Origin: Anaerolineae bacterium
GTDB lineage: Bacteria; Chloroflexota; Anaerolineae; Epilineales; JAHCIE01
Direction: 5' to 3'
Length of the DNA stretch: 64,000 bases
Assembly (NCBI GenBank): GCA_046328505.1
Contig: JAXLWL010000005.1
Location: 475,666-539,665, forward strand
The stretch's first letter is position 1, and every line of letters starts with the position of its first letter. Below the pieces are notes generated by a model. That model worked only from the letters and a program-made list of their open reading frames with translations, ran no database searches and was not told where the DNA came from. The position numbers and the translations under genes were made by a program. Below are positions 39,738 through 49,278 of this stretch, one piece after another.

Positions 39738-41546
39738 TTACATGCCGCCCGCCGGCGGGCCGCCGCCAACACCTGGGATACCCATGCCGCCCTGGTTGCT
39801 CTTGGTCGTGCTGCTGCTCGAACTGCTGCTCCCGCCGGCGCCGCTGACGATGACCACATCGCCTTCCTTCAGATTGGCGCTGCTAATCTCGGTCTTCGAG
39901 CCGTCGGTGAGGCCTGCGGTCACCGGCACCTGGACGCTTTCGCCGTTGCGCAGGACGGTTACGACCTTCTGCTGATTCACCGTCTGGATGGCCTTGGTCG
40001 GTACCGTCAGCACGCCCTGTCGGCTGTCCGTCACGATGTTGAGCGTCGCCGTCATCCCCGCCGCCACGCTCGGGTCGGTCTCCGTCACCTTCACGGTCAC
40101 CGTGTAGTTCACGACGCCGCTCGTGCTCGTTCCCACCGGACTGATCGCTGTAACTTCGCCGGCCAGCGTCTTGTCAGACAGGGCTTCGAGCGCGATGTTG
40201 ACTGTTTGCCCGACCTTGAGCTTGGCGCGGTCTAGCTCGGAAACCTGCGCCTGGATCTGCATATCGTTCAGGTCGGCGAGGTGGATCGGGTTACTGCTGG
40301 CGCTCGCGGTCGTTCCCGCCACCGCGTTAACCTCCGTCACCACCCCCGCTGTCGGCGCGGTGAGCGTCGCCTGCTCCAGCTTGATCTGGGCCTGCTTCAA
40401 CGCTGCTTCGGCTTGCGTCACCGCCGTCTCTGCCACCTGCACCGTCAGGGTATCCGGACCTTTCTTGAGCGCGTCGAGGGCGGCTTGCGCTTCCGTGACA
40501 GCCGCCTTGGCCTGCGTCACTTCGGCGTCTGTCGGCCCCTCCTTCAGCTTGTCGAGCGCGGCCTGGGCCTGGGTCACGTTCTGCTGCGCGACGGCCACGT
40601 CGTTCGGATCGACGTTCGTAAGCTTCGCAAGGCTCGCCTCAGCCGCCTTCTCAGTCTGCTCCGCGGCGGCCACGGCGGCGTCGGTTGGCCCCGCCTGGAG
40701 CGCGGCCAGGTCATTCTGCGCGATCTGCACAGCCGCCTCTTGCTGGTTGACCTGGGCGCGGGCGTTCTGGCAGCTCGAGTCGTTGTCGGGGTCCTTGGTG
40801 CGTCCGCAGGTGGAGTCGCGGCTAGACTGAGCCGCCCAGAGGGCGTTCTTCGCCTGCTCGACCTTCTGCTGCGCGTTGGCGATGTCCGTCGCCGTCGCGC
40901 CCGCCTTGACGCTATCCAGGTTCGCCTGGGCGGAGGTGATGGCCGCCTGCGCCGAAGCGATCTCGGCGGCGGTCGCCGTTCCCTGGCGCGCCTTCGCCAG
41001 AGTTGCCTGCGCCGAGGCCACCTTGGACTGGGCATCGGTCAGTTCGGCCTGGGTAGGCCCGGCGTAGAGCGCATCGAGCGCGGCCTGCGCGCTATCCACC
41101 TTGGCCTGGGCGGTGGCGAGGTCAGTGTCGCTCGCGCCTTCCTTTGCCTGCGCCAGCTTGAGCTTGGCGCTATCGAGGCTTGCCTGGGCGGTCGTTACCT
41201 GCGCTTCCAGGTCCGCCGTGTCGAGTCGGACCAACGCCTGGCCCGCCTGGACGACATCGCCCTGCTTCACCAGGACTTCCTTGACAATTCCGCTCGACGA
41301 AAAGTTAAGATCCGCTTCCGTAGCGGGCTCGATATTGCCGGTCGCAGTCACGGTCGAGGCGAGATCGCCGCGCGCGATTGTGGCCGTGGTCGTGGTCGTC
41401 GCCGTCGCGGCGGACGCAGACTGATAGCGCTCGTACGCGAAAAGGCCTGCGCCGGCCATGATGACTACCACCAAGAGCCACAGCCAGCGGCGGCCACTCC
41501 ATACATTGCGAATCGCTTTTCCATCTCGAAGGGTTGCAGTTACCAT
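39738..41546 (-). CDS. HlyD/MacA-family periplasmic adaptor (membrane fusion protein) with a very long coiled-coil
   Basis: Start at MVTATLRDG (ATG at 41546, GGGAGAG RBS 5 nt upstream). The upstream part of the ORF call overlaps the promoter module. TM is WLWLLVVVIMAGAGLF. A long Ala/Gln-rich heptad region is followed by a beta-barrel/MP domain and a C-terminal Ser/Gly tail. It sits 129 nt upstream of the FtsX permease. Confidence 0.8.
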   Translation of the reverse strand: MVTATLRDGKAIRNVWSGRRWLWLLVVVIMAGAGLFAYERYQSASAATATTTTTATIARGDLASTVTATGNIEPATEADLNFSSSGIVKEVLVKQGDVVQAGQALVRLDTADLEAQVTTAQASLDSAKLKLAQAKEGASDTDLATAQAKVDSAQAALDALYAGPTQAELTDAQSKVASAQATLAKARQGTATAAEIASAQAAITSAQANLDSVKAGATATDIANAQQKVEQAKNALWAAQSSRDSTCGRTKDPDNDSSCQNARAQVNQQEAAVQIAQNDLAALQAGPTDAAVAAAEQTEKAAEASLAKLTNVDPNDVAVAQQNVTQAQAALDKLKEGPTDAEVTQAKAAVTEAQAALDALKKGPDTLTVQVAETAVTQAEAALKQAQIKLEQATLTAPTAGVVTEVNAVAGTTASASSNPIHLADLNDMQIQAQVSELDRAKLKVGQTVNIALEALSDKTLAGEVTAISPVGTSTSGVVNYTVTVKVTETDPSVAAGMTATLNIVTDSRQGVLTVPTKAIQTVNQQKVVTVLRNGESVQVPVTAGLTDGSKTEISSANLKEGDVVIVSGAGGSSSSSSSTTKSNQGGMGIPGVGGGPPAGGM

Positions 41547-41622
41547 ATTACTCTCCCATGCTTCGGTAAATCGGTCGCCAGTTCTGTCAGGATAGAGAAG
41601 GAGTATTCCGTGCTCTGGCACC

Positions 41623-41658
41623 ATCATAGCAGCCGCATTTTCAGACATTGTTAAGAAC
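41623..41658 (-). promoter_or_regulatory. Conserved promoter module, copy 2: GTTCTTAACAATGTCTGAAAATG, 4 nt, TGC-TATGAT
   Basis: Read from the sequence. It ends about 75 nt upstream of the HlyD ATG. A second GACATTGTT half-site lies 21 nt further upstream (41667..41675). Confidence 0.5.
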
Positions 41659-41750
41659 AGATAGCGACATTGTTCGGTTGAAATAGAAACAGACCCACCG
41701 ATGGTGGGTCTGAAGAGAGGACGAACCTGGCGCGGTCGGGATTTTCCCGA

Positions 41751-42125
41751 CTAGCCTTTGACGTAGGACAACTTCTCGGAAATCTTGCCAGCCCTGATAC
41801 GGTAAACATCCACGCCGCGTATGTGGCCCGGCGCTCCGTCCTGTTGGACCCAGCGATATGTCCAGCGCATGACGCAGCGCTCGCCCTCGCCGAAGATTTC
41901 CTCGACCTCGAAGCTCGACTGGCTCGATTGGGAAAAGAAGTTCGCCCAGAACGCTCTGACGGCCGTCATGCCGACGTAGCGTGAGCCGTCGGGTGTGGGG
42001 TAGGTATTCTCAAAAACGCAGTCTTCCGTCATCAACTCCATCATCGAGGCAAGATCGCGTTGGTTGAGAGCGTCGTTGAAGGCGAGCACGAGTTCGACGG
42101 CGCCGACAGGTGTAGTTTGATGCAT
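41751..42125 (-). CDS. SnoaL-like / NTF2-fold protein
   Basis: Start at MHQTTPVGAVELVLAFNDALNQRDLASMMELMTEDCVFE, which matches the typical SnoaL N-terminus. Last gene of the HK/RR operon. Confidence 0.6.
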   Translation of the reverse strand: MHQTTPVGAVELVLAFNDALNQRDLASMMELMTEDCVFENTYPTPDGSRYVGMTAVRAFWANFFSQSSQSSFEVEEIFGEGERCVMRWTYRWVQQDGAPGHIRGVDVYRIRAGKISEKLSYVKG

Positions 42126-42169
42126 GAGTGTGTCTCCATTGTGAGGCGGGGTTAGGGCGGGGCCAAGAT

Positions 42170-43693
42170 TCAATAGGCCCCGCGCAGGTGGGCGACGCTG
42201 GCGCGGATCTCGGTCACCCGAGCGCCAAGGCTTGGCCGCCTGCGCGCGGGGATGCTGTCGGCGCTGCCTGTGACGCCGTCGCCGGCCGCCGGCAGGATCA
42301 TGGTGAATGTCGTACCCTGGCCGCGTACGGACTCGACCGAGATCGTGCCGTCGTGCGCTTCCACAATCGCCTTAGCGATGGCGAGGCCCAGGCCAGACGA
42401 CGTATCATCGGTGCGCTGGCGCGCCTTGTCGACGCGGTAGAGGCGGTCGAAAACAAACGGCAAGTCGTCAGGCTCGATCCCGCTGCCCGTGTCGCTGACC
42501 CTCAGTTGGACCCTGCCGCCTTGCGCGGCGGCGGAGAGGGTGACCTGGCCGTGCGACGTGTGGCGCAGGGCGTTGGAGACCAGGTTGTTCAGCACCTGGG
42601 TCATGCGGTCGGTGTCGACGTAGATGGAGGGTAGATCATCCGGCGCCTCGACGCGAAGCTCCAGCCCCTGCTGCTGCGCCTGCACCATGTAGGCCAGGCC
42701 TGTGCGTTCGAGCAGCGCCCGCGGGTCCACCGCGCGCCGGTTCAGCCGCAACTCGCCGGCGTCGGCCAGGGAGAGCAAGCGCAAGTCCTCGACGAGACGC
42801 TGGAGGTGCTCGACCTCCCCATGCATCACGGCGTACAGCGCGGCGGAGCCTTCGATCCGGCCGTCTTGCAGTCCCTCGGTGTAGCCGCGCAGGATGCTCA
42901 GTGGCGTGCGCAGGTCGTGGGCCAGGTCCGCCGTCATCTGCTTGCGTGTCTGGCTGGCGCGCTCGAGGTCGGCGCTCATCTGGTTGAAGGACTCCGCCAA
43001 CTGGCCGATCTCGTCGCGGGAGCGCACCGCGACGCGCTGGTCGAACTTGCCGCTCGCCATGACCTTCGTGGCGGCCGTCAGCTCCCGAATCGGGCGGGTG
43101 AGCGAGCGAGCGAGCAGGATGCCTAGCGCGAGCGCCATGAGCGCGGCAATGATGGCGCTGATGGCCGAAGCCCAAGTGACCCGCTGCAAGAACTGGACAT
43201 CTGGCGTCGGTCCGCCGCCCGGGGGAGGATTGCCGCCGCGCCGCGGATTATCTCCAGGCGCGCCGGGCGGCCTCTCAGCGCCCGGGTCGAAGAGAACGTA
43301 GCCCACTGTCTGCCCGTTGACGGTGATGGGCGTCGCGGTATCCAGCACGCTCGGTGGCGGTGTCTGGCCCACGGGGAAGGGCCTGTTGCCGATCACTACC
43401 GCGCGGTCGGCGTCCAGCAGCGCCATGCCTCGGCTAGGGAAAGCCAGTAGCGAGCTGCTGGCCAGGTAGCCGTCCACCCCGTCCCAGCTACCCTTCGTCC
43501 TGTAGTAATCGCCAAGCGCGGACACCATGAGCGCCTGGTCCTGCTCGAGGCTCTGGCGGAAGCGGTCGAACTCCGTTCGCGTCTGCTGGGCGACCAGGAC
43601 GGCCACCAGGATCGCCCCGACCAGCCCGACGAGCAAGAACGCCAGGGTGAGTTTGAACGTCAGCGAGCGCATAAGGCCCATCCGATTCCCCAA
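42170..43693 (-). CDS. Sensor histidine kinase (2 TM, HAMP, HisKA, HATPase_c)
   Basis: H-box ADLAHDLRTPLSILRGYTEGL. G-boxes DTGSGIEPDDLPFVFDRLYRVD and GLGLAIAKAIVEAHDG. It abuts the stop of the response regulator. Confidence 0.9.
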   Translation of the reverse strand: MGNRMGLMRSLTFKLTLAFLLVGLVGAILVAVLVAQQTRTEFDRFRQSLEQDQALMVSALGDYYRTKGSWDGVDGYLASSSLLAFPSRGMALLDADRAVVIGNRPFPVGQTPPPSVLDTATPITVNGQTVGYVLFDPGAERPPGAPGDNPRRGGNPPPGGGPTPDVQFLQRVTWASAISAIIAALMALALGILLARSLTRPIRELTAATKVMASGKFDQRVAVRSRDEIGQLAESFNQMSADLERASQTRKQMTADLAHDLRTPLSILRGYTEGLQDGRIEGSAALYAVMHGEVEHLQRLVEDLRLLSLADAGELRLNRRAVDPRALLERTGLAYMVQAQQQGLELRVEAPDDLPSIYVDTDRMTQVLNNLVSNALRHTSHGQVTLSAAAQGGRVQLRVSDTGSGIEPDDLPFVFDRLYRVDKARQRTDDTSSGLGLAIAKAIVEAHDGTISVESVRGQGTTFTMILPAAGDGVTGSADSIPARRRPSLGARVTEIRASVAHLRGAY

Positions 43694-44389
43694 TCACTCG
43701 GCCGATTTCTCGGTCGTGAAGCGATACCCCATCCCGTAAACCGTTTCTATATATATGGGATGCCGGGGGTCCGGCTCGATTTTCGTACGCAGATTACGGA
43801 TATGCACATCAATGGTGCGCTCGTAGCCCTCGTAAGCGTCACCGGCGGTGCGATCGAGCAGGTCCAGCCGGGAAAAGACCTTCCCCGGCGCGGACATCAG
43901 CGCCGCCAGGATGTCGAACTCAGAGCGCGTCAGATCAACGTAGTGGTCGGCGACCTTGACCGTGACCTTCTCGCGGTCCAGCACGATGTCGGCGGCGCGC
44001 AAGACGTCCGCCTCGGCCGCTGCGCGCTGGCTGCGGCGCAGCACGGCCCGCACGCGGGCAATCAACTCGCGCACATTGAAGGGCTTGGTGACGTAGTCAT
44101 CGGCGCCGACCTCGAGACCGAGAATCTTGTCGGTGTCCTCGACCTTGGCCGTCAGCATAATCACGGGCGTGTCCGCCTCTTTGCTGTAGGCGCGCATGAA
44201 CTCGTAGCCGCCCATCTCGGGCATCATGAGATCGAGAATGATGAGGTCGGGCTTTTCGTAGCGGGCCACGTACATCGCCTCTCGGCCGTTGGCGGCCTCG
44301 ACGACGCGGTAGCCCTCCTGTTCCAGGTAAACACGGATCATCTGGCGCAGCTTGGTTTCATCGTCGACGACGAGGATTGTCTGGATCAT
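43694..44389 (-). CDS. OmpR/PhoB-family response regulator
   Basis: MIQTILVVDDETKLRQMIRVYLEQEGYRVVEAANGREA...ILDLMMPEMGGYE receiver domain. C-terminal wHTH YIETVYGMGYRF. Start chosen at MIQT (44389), and the longer ORF call to 44506 is rejected. Confidence 0.85.
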   Translation of the reverse strand: MIQTILVVDDETKLRQMIRVYLEQEGYRVVEAANGREAMYVARYEKPDLIILDLMMPEMGGYEFMRAYSKEADTPVIMLTAKVEDTDKILGLEVGADDYVTKPFNVRELIARVRAVLRRSQRAAAEADVLRAADIVLDREKVTVKVADHYVDLTRSEFDILAALMSAPGKVFSRLDLLDRTAGDAYEGYERTIDVHIRNLRTKIEPDPRHPIYIETVYGMGYRFTTEKSAE

Positions 44390-44521
44390 GCTGTGAGTGG
44401 TCCCGCGTTGAGTCAAAGTGTCTGGTAACATAAGTATAGTCCCGAATACGCTGGCCGTGTACCACGACACCCTCTCTCCCACGCGGGGAGAGAGGGATGT
44501 CATCACGTGGAAAGGACTCTT

Positions 44522-45301
44522 CTACGCGCCCGGCGTCGCGGTCGGCGCGACCGGGGTCTGCTGCGGGCCGCCGGGGAAGCCATGCCCGCCGGGGCCACCA
44601 GGGCCGCCATCGAAGTGGCCCGGGCCGCGCAGCATGTCGTCCAGACTCTGGCTCGCGGCCTCCTGATCGATCTGCTGCTTGATCTGGGTCGCCTGGTCAG
44701 AGGTCAGGCGGCCTGCCGTCACCGCTGCATCCACCTCGGCCTTCTTGGCGGCGACGATGGCCGCCTTAACGGTGTCCGCGCTTACGCCCTTGGACTGGGC
44801 AATGGCGCTCAGGGTCTGGCCCGACTGCAGGGCCGTTTGCAGGTCAGCCGTCGTCATGCCGAGAGCCTTGGCCGCTGCGTCGAACACGGCCGGGCCGCCG
44901 ATGGGGCCGCCAGGGCCGCCGGGGCCACCGCGGCCGGGGCCGCCACCATGGCCGAATGGCAGGCCCTGGCCAGGCTGCCACTGGTCAACGCGGGAGTTAA
45001 TCTGAGTCGCCTGATCCTGAGTGATGTGCCCGGCCTGCAGCTCGCTAGCCACGACATCCTTGGCCGCCGCCTTGACCGCCGTGGTGAGCTGGTCCACCGA
45101 AATGCCCAGCTTGCCGGCGAGCGCCGTCCAGAACGACTGGTCCAGGGTGTTGATCGGGGGCTGGCCGGTCGGAGCGGTGGGGGCGGTTGGGGTAGGCGAC
45201 TGCGCGTTCGCCACGCCAACCGCGCGGCCCACGCCGAACAACCCGATCACCAGCGCCAGCGCCGCAACGCCGGCCAAAACTACGTTCTTAACTCGCTTCA
45301 T
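44522..45301 (-). CDS. Secreted LTxxQ-motif protein, CpxP/Spy/ZraP-like periplasmic stress protein (tentative), with an internal duplication and Gly/Pro/His-rich linkers
   Basis: GGAGA RBS 7 nt upstream. Signal peptide MKRVKNVVLAGVAALALVIGLFGVGRAVGVANA. Two helical repeats each carry an [LI]T[SQ]DQATQI motif (ITQDQATQI; LTSDQATQIKQQ). They are followed by GGPGRGGPGGPGGP and GGPGGPGGHGFPGGP tracts. It is the first gene of the RR-HK operon. Confidence 0.5.
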   Translation of the reverse strand: MKRVKNVVLAGVAALALVIGLFGVGRAVGVANAQSPTPTAPTAPTGQPPINTLDQSFWTALAGKLGISVDQLTTAVKAAAKDVVASELQAGHITQDQATQINSRVDQWQPGQGLPFGHGGGPGRGGPGGPGGPIGGPAVFDAAAKALGMTTADLQTALQSGQTLSAIAQSKGVSADTVKAAIVAAKKAEVDAAVTAGRLTSDQATQIKQQIDQEAASQSLDDMLRGPGHFDGGPGGPGGHGFPGGPQQTPVAPTATPGA

Positions 45302-45363
45302 CTTCTTTCTCCTTGTACGCTTCGTGTGCTATCGTCGTGCGCTTCACCGCCCGACTTGCCCCT

Positions 45364-45399
45364 AGTGTAGCAAGGAGATTTTCAGACATTGTGAAGAAC
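45364..45399 (-). promoter_or_regulatory. Conserved promoter module, copy 3: GTTCTTCACAATGTCTGAAAATC, 4 nt, TGC-TACACT
   Basis: Read from the sequence. It ends about 62 nt upstream of the ATG at 45301. Confidence 0.5.
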
Positions 45400-45604
45400 T
45401 TGTTGGGAAAAGATTGGCGCGGCAGCCCATCGGCGAGGTGACAAACGAGCCTGTTCCCCAAGCAGTCAATGAAATTGCAAGGTTCGCGGGTATCGTTTCG
45501 GGTCTCGGAGTCGTTACATATTCAAATTCTCGGCAAATGGCACACCTTTTGCTTTAGCCCCGGTGCTGCCCTCCGCCGGGGCACAGAGATAGGAGGCTGA
45601 GGAC

Positions 45605-46063
45605 GTGAGTACGAATGAAGTACACGAGATGCAACTCGTGTCAACACATCCCTCGGGCGCCGAGGAGTGGCACTGTCCCACATGTGGTCGCCGCGTGCTC
45701 TTGCAGTCGCAGCTCGACTATCAGCGAATTACCCTGGAGCGTGGTGACGTCTACGCTCTGGCCTGGGGAGCGGAGACTGGCGTGCTGGTGGCGGAGAAGA
45801 CGGTACTCGTTGTAGGAGATGCAACGGCCAGCCATCGCGGCAACAAACTGCCCAGTGTGATGCCTTCTGACGAGGCAGAGTATGCCGGACTCGAGCCGGG
45901 TGAATCGTCTTCTGCCTTAACCGGTAGGCTGAACAACGGAGTACCGGAGGCAGAAGACGAAGATGTTGCCAACCATCAGACGCCGCTGACAGCCGAAATG
46001 CGGCGCTGGCTAACCGAGGCCGGGTTCGAATTGTGGTGGACCAGACCGCTATCGCAGTTGTAA
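45605..46063 (+). CDS. Hypothetical protein with CPTCG zinc-ribbon-like motif
   Basis: GTG start with an AGGAGG RBS 8 nt upstream. 152 aa, contains WHCPTCGRRV. Confidence 0.5.
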   Translation: MSTNEVHEMQLVSTHPSGAEEWHCPTCGRRVLLQSQLDYQRITLERGDVYALAWGAETGVLVAEKTVLVVGDATASHRGNKLPSVMPSDEAEYAGLEPGESSSALTGRLNNGVPEAEDEDVANHQTPLTAEMRRWLTEAGFELWWTRPLSQL

Positions 46064-46084
46064 GTAGCTCGACAGTCGTAGCGC

Positions 46085-47005
46085 CTATGCAACTTCGAGG
46101 AGCGGGCCAAGGCTGACCCCGACAACCTCCGCGTCCCGGACGATCACCGCGGCTACTATTTGGTAGGTGCCTGGATTCGGAAGCTCGAACTGGGCCTCGT
46201 TCGTATAGTTTGTCGCCATTAGGTCCAAGAGTTGCTGACTAGAAGCCAGCACGGTTACGGCCTGGTGGGCCGTGTCGAACGCCAGGAAATGCACGATGCA
46301 CGGTACCCGGCTCGTGTTTGCGAGGTAGAGTCCGTCCGCGCGGAGGCTGAAATCGAGTTCGGCATACATCGCCGGCTCCGGATGTCCTGCTGCCTGTGAT
46401 CCGTTGTTGGACACGAACCCTATTCTCGGCGCTCCCATCTCCATTTCGAGCTGGGCGATGCCTTCCGTGTCCACTCTTGGCGGACCCGCTTCGACGAGTG
46501 GAGATGGGAGATTCGGTCGAAGAGATCCCGTGTCATGCTCCGGGGCCAAGGTCTTTGTACCGGCATTCTCGGCAATAGCGCCTATCAGGTGGCGTTCATC
46601 CCATCCGGCCCACGAGACGTCCTCTCCGCTCTGGGAGTGAACCAGGCGCGTTCGCCTGACGTTGTCGTTGTCGTCCAACAGAAGCTCGACGACGAATGTG
46701 GCGTAGCGCTGCCGACTCTCCACGAAGCTTCCCTCCGTCGACCCTTCACTAGCCTTCGAAGCCAGCCGCTGCGCCTGTTCAGGCCATTCCTGCTTGGCTA
46801 TGCGTTCCTCGGAGATCAGGGGCTGGCTGCCGAGTAGAGTAGCAATGTCGGCCGGGGTCATCGCAGCAAGCTGGGCGTAAGTTAGGACACCGCGCTCGTG
46901 CAGCCAGCTATCGATAGAAGGCCCAATGCCACGGATGATCCTGAAATCATCTCCCGCCCGGTCAACCATCTTGCGTTCTTCGTCCGGCAAGTCTTGTCTT
47001 GACAC
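46085..47005 (-). CDS. Hypothetical protein with N-terminal helix-hairpin-helix (DUF4332-like) motif
   Basis: DFRIIRGIGPSIDSWLHERGVLTYAQLAAMTPADIATLL is HhH-like. Last gene of a same-strand cluster. Confidence 0.55.
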   Translation of the reverse strand: MSRQDLPDEERKMVDRAGDDFRIIRGIGPSIDSWLHERGVLTYAQLAAMTPADIATLLGSQPLISEERIAKQEWPEQAQRLASKASEGSTEGSFVESRQRYATFVVELLLDDNDNVRRTRLVHSQSGEDVSWAGWDERHLIGAIAENAGTKTLAPEHDTGSLRPNLPSPLVEAGPPRVDTEGIAQLEMEMGAPRIGFVSNNGSQAAGHPEPAMYAELDFSLRADGLYLANTSRVPCIVHFLAFDTAHQAVTVLASSQQLLDLMATNYTNEAQFELPNPGTYQIVAAVIVRDAEVVGVSLGPLLEVA

Positions 47006-47058
47006 AGTCTCGGCTCCTTGCCTCTACGCGGTCTCCGTTGCCGAACGACTAGCGGGGG

Positions 47059-47301
47059 TTACTGAAGTCTATAGTCGCCGGAGATGACACGAACAGCAAT
47101 GCCATCAATTTCCTTTGGCCACTGTTCGTCTGCTTCAGCGCCACCTTTCACATGCACGCGAAGCACAGGTACCTGCTCCTCGCCCTCACCTTCAGCTCCT
47201 ATGTCGACCATTGACACGCGCGGATCGGTGAACACCAGACGCACCAGCTTGTCGCGCGCTTGTTCAGCTTTGTCCATCTGCGGCAGTCCACTGTGGCGCA
47301 T
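47059..47301 (-). CDS. Small protein (80 aa) homologous to the N-terminal domain of the adjacent S1 protease
   Basis: PRVSMVDIGAEGEGEEQVPVLRVHVKGG aligns with PNVTLVDVGMPFKDGKLVEGKLAIRVHVRNK in the protease N-terminus. It lies 29 nt downstream of the protease gene. Confidence 0.45.
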   Translation of the reverse strand: MRHSGLPQMDKAEQARDKLVRLVFTDPRVSMVDIGAEGEGEEQVPVLRVHVKGGAEADEQWPKEIDGIAVRVISGDYRLQ

Positions 47302-47330
47302 TTGAGCTTCCTCTCGTTGAGACCAACTCC

Positions 47331-48416
47331 TTAGGCAATCGCTGCTTCCATCTCTGTAGCTTGCAGTACAACCGCCGGGTCTGTGACGATCGCGACGTCA
47401 AGCGCACTGAGGATAGGGTTAATGTCCATCGCCAGCGCCCGGCCGCTGATTCGGTCGCCTGCGAAGTGCAGCCCGAGCGCTTCCTTGCTGGCATCCTCCA
47501 GGTGAAGCGAGCCGGAGTCACCGGGTTGAGTCACATAGGGCTCGCCAGCGAGGGGATCGATCGAGATAACGTGCTGAATCGTCCATGGTATCCCATCATA
47601 TGGGATGCGCAACTGTCCACCAATTCCCGTGATGCGTCCCCGTGTTACCTGAGTCGTGCGGCCCGCCTTGGCTACGATCATGCCTACTGCGGGAGTTCCC
47701 ACGCCGGAGACCGGCCCGAGACCGAGCTGATCGTTCTTGATGGGCCGCGAGCCATTGAGGGTTGCTACGGCAGCATCCAATCCCGCCTTCATTGCGTCCC
47801 GTGTCCACGACGCGATCGTATCGCCGGCATCACCGCCGTCGAGGCGCCCCGGCTGGCAGATAGGAGCATTAGCCAGCGTCCGCCAGCTCCGAGCGAGTAC
47901 GTGCCAGTTGCTAAGAATCATGGGTGCGCCGTCTGGGTCAACGACGAGGCAGCCGAGGGTACCCGCCGAGTTGGCGAAGACTTGAGAGATGCTAATGCCT
48001 CCTTCGAGCACGGCGAACCGCGACCTGGGGTTGGCCGACGTTCGGCTTGTCGCCGACAGCCCATTTCCGGCGCTAAGAGTGTATCGTGCCTCAATCACAT
48101 CAGTAGGGATGCCTCTGATGTCGGCCGGAACAGGACTCGTGAGCCCGCGCGCAACCGCCTCTTCGAGCGCAGAGCCGCGTAGTTTGTTGCGCACGTGCAC
48201 TCTAATCGCCAGCTTGCCTTCGACAAGTTTCCCATCCTTGAACGGCATGCCAACATCCACGAGCGTGACATTGGGCTCATACACGCGATTGTGTGCATCC
48301 TCAAGTGCGGACCATAGCGCGCGCACATCAGAAGTACTGAAAGACATCGCAGACCTCCTGTGGGGTATGATCTCGATCAGGTGGCCAGGGTCCGTCCCGG
48401 CCACCTGATCAGTCAA
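47331..48416 (-). CDS. Chymotrypsin-fold (S1) serine protease with an N-terminal extra domain and no signal peptide
   Basis: Catalytic motifs are SNWHVL (His) and GDSGS (Ser), plus the GCLVVDPDGAPMIL core. The N-terminal 120 aa is non-protease and lacks a hydrophobic leader. Confidence 0.8.
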   Translation of the reverse strand: MTDQVAGTDPGHLIEIIPHRRSAMSFSTSDVRALWSALEDAHNRVYEPNVTLVDVGMPFKDGKLVEGKLAIRVHVRNKLRGSALEEAVARGLTSPVPADIRGIPTDVIEARYTLSAGNGLSATSRTSANPRSRFAVLEGGISISQVFANSAGTLGCLVVDPDGAPMILSNWHVLARSWRTLANAPICQPGRLDGGDAGDTIASWTRDAMKAGLDAAVATLNGSRPIKNDQLGLGPVSGVGTPAVGMIVAKAGRTTQVTRGRITGIGGQLRIPYDGIPWTIQHVISIDPLAGEPYVTQPGDSGSLHLEDASKEALGLHFAGDRISGRALAMDINPILSALDVAIVTDPAVVLQATEMEAAIA

Positions 48417-48444
48417 GGCAACTTGTTCCCACGCGTCGTTGTGA

Positions 48445-49122
48445 CTACGGCTGTACCTGGAACAGAACCGGCCGGCGGTCAGGGTTCTCGGTGCTGAAGC
48501 CGAGATAATAGGCCAGCCAGTCGAAGTCCAGATCCAGCGTCCAGGCAGAGTAGCCGCCGAAGAACGAGGGGATCCCGCCCATGCCGGGGATGTTGGCCGT
48601 GATGTTCATCTCATGCAAGCCGGCAGTGGTGGGTGAGAAGGCCTGGACATCGACGTAGAACTCGGAGCCGAAAATGCCGCCACCAGGGCTAAGAGGAATA
48701 GCCCCTGTGAGCTGACACGCAGGCTCGGCGAGAGTCCAGGTGGTCTTGTTCCCGGTCGAGTACGTCAGATCGACGGTGAGATTGAAGGTCTCGAGGACGG
48801 CTTTCGGGCTCGTAGGACCCGGCAGCATCAGCGCCGGATTCAGGACGAGAACTGTGATGACGTACGCCGTGTCGCCGATGTCGACCACAGCAGCCGGTGA
48901 AAGCGCTGGCGGCGCGAACTGGATGGGGCCAATGGCCATGAGGTCCCACCAGAACTCCGGCTGGGCGGCCTCAGTACCCGTGGCGCTAAGCTCTTGGAGC
49001 TTCGAGTTCAATTTGGCAGCGAACACCTGCCGCACGGCCTCGGTCGACACAGCGGGCTTTTCCGCGGCCTTGGCGGCCGCAACGACGGGCGCGGCACTTC
49101 GCGTGCGGGTAACAGCGGACAT
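48445..49122 (-). CDS. Hypothetical protein
   Basis: Start at MSAVTRTRS (ATG about 49122, AAGGAGAG RBS 9 nt upstream). The Cys-rich upstream extension of the ORF call is rejected. It lies between the SARP-like regulator and the protease. Confidence 0.5.
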   Translation of the reverse strand: MSAVTRTRSAAPVVAAAKAAEKPAVSTEAVRQVFAAKLNSKLQELSATGTEAAQPEFWWDLMAIGPIQFAPPALSPAAVVDIGDTAYVITVLVLNPALMLPGPTSPKAVLETFNLTVDLTYSTGNKTTWTLAEPACQLTGAIPLSPGGGIFGSEFYVDVQAFSPTTAGLHEMNITANIPGMGGIPSFFGGYSAWTLDLDFDWLAYYLGFSTENPDRRPVLFQVQP

Positions 49123-49278
49123 AGCTCTTCTCTCCTTTGCTGAGTACCTGACTGAGTTAGTTGGACAAGAGCAGCAGCGGCGCCACTGATGCTCAAACCT
49201 GGAGCCATCGTAGCACTCGCTGCTTAATTGCCGCTTTACCGAACACTTAATCAAGGCTGACTGCGAAATTAAGTCTTG

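Noticed and set aside
41547-41648. 34-aa N-terminal extension of the HlyD ORF
   Set aside because: It overlaps the conserved promoter module. The ATG at 41546 has a GGGAGAG RBS.
44390-44506. 39-aa N-terminal extension of the response-regulator ORF
   Set aside because: OmpR-family receivers start 2-6 residues before the [IL]LVVDD motif. The MIQTILVVDD start was chosen.
45557-45580. Imperfect hairpin ccccggtg...cgccgggg in the leader of the 45605 gene as a riboswitch or sRNA
   Set aside because: A single short stem with a G-U mismatch and no conserved riboswitch features. Insufficient evidence.
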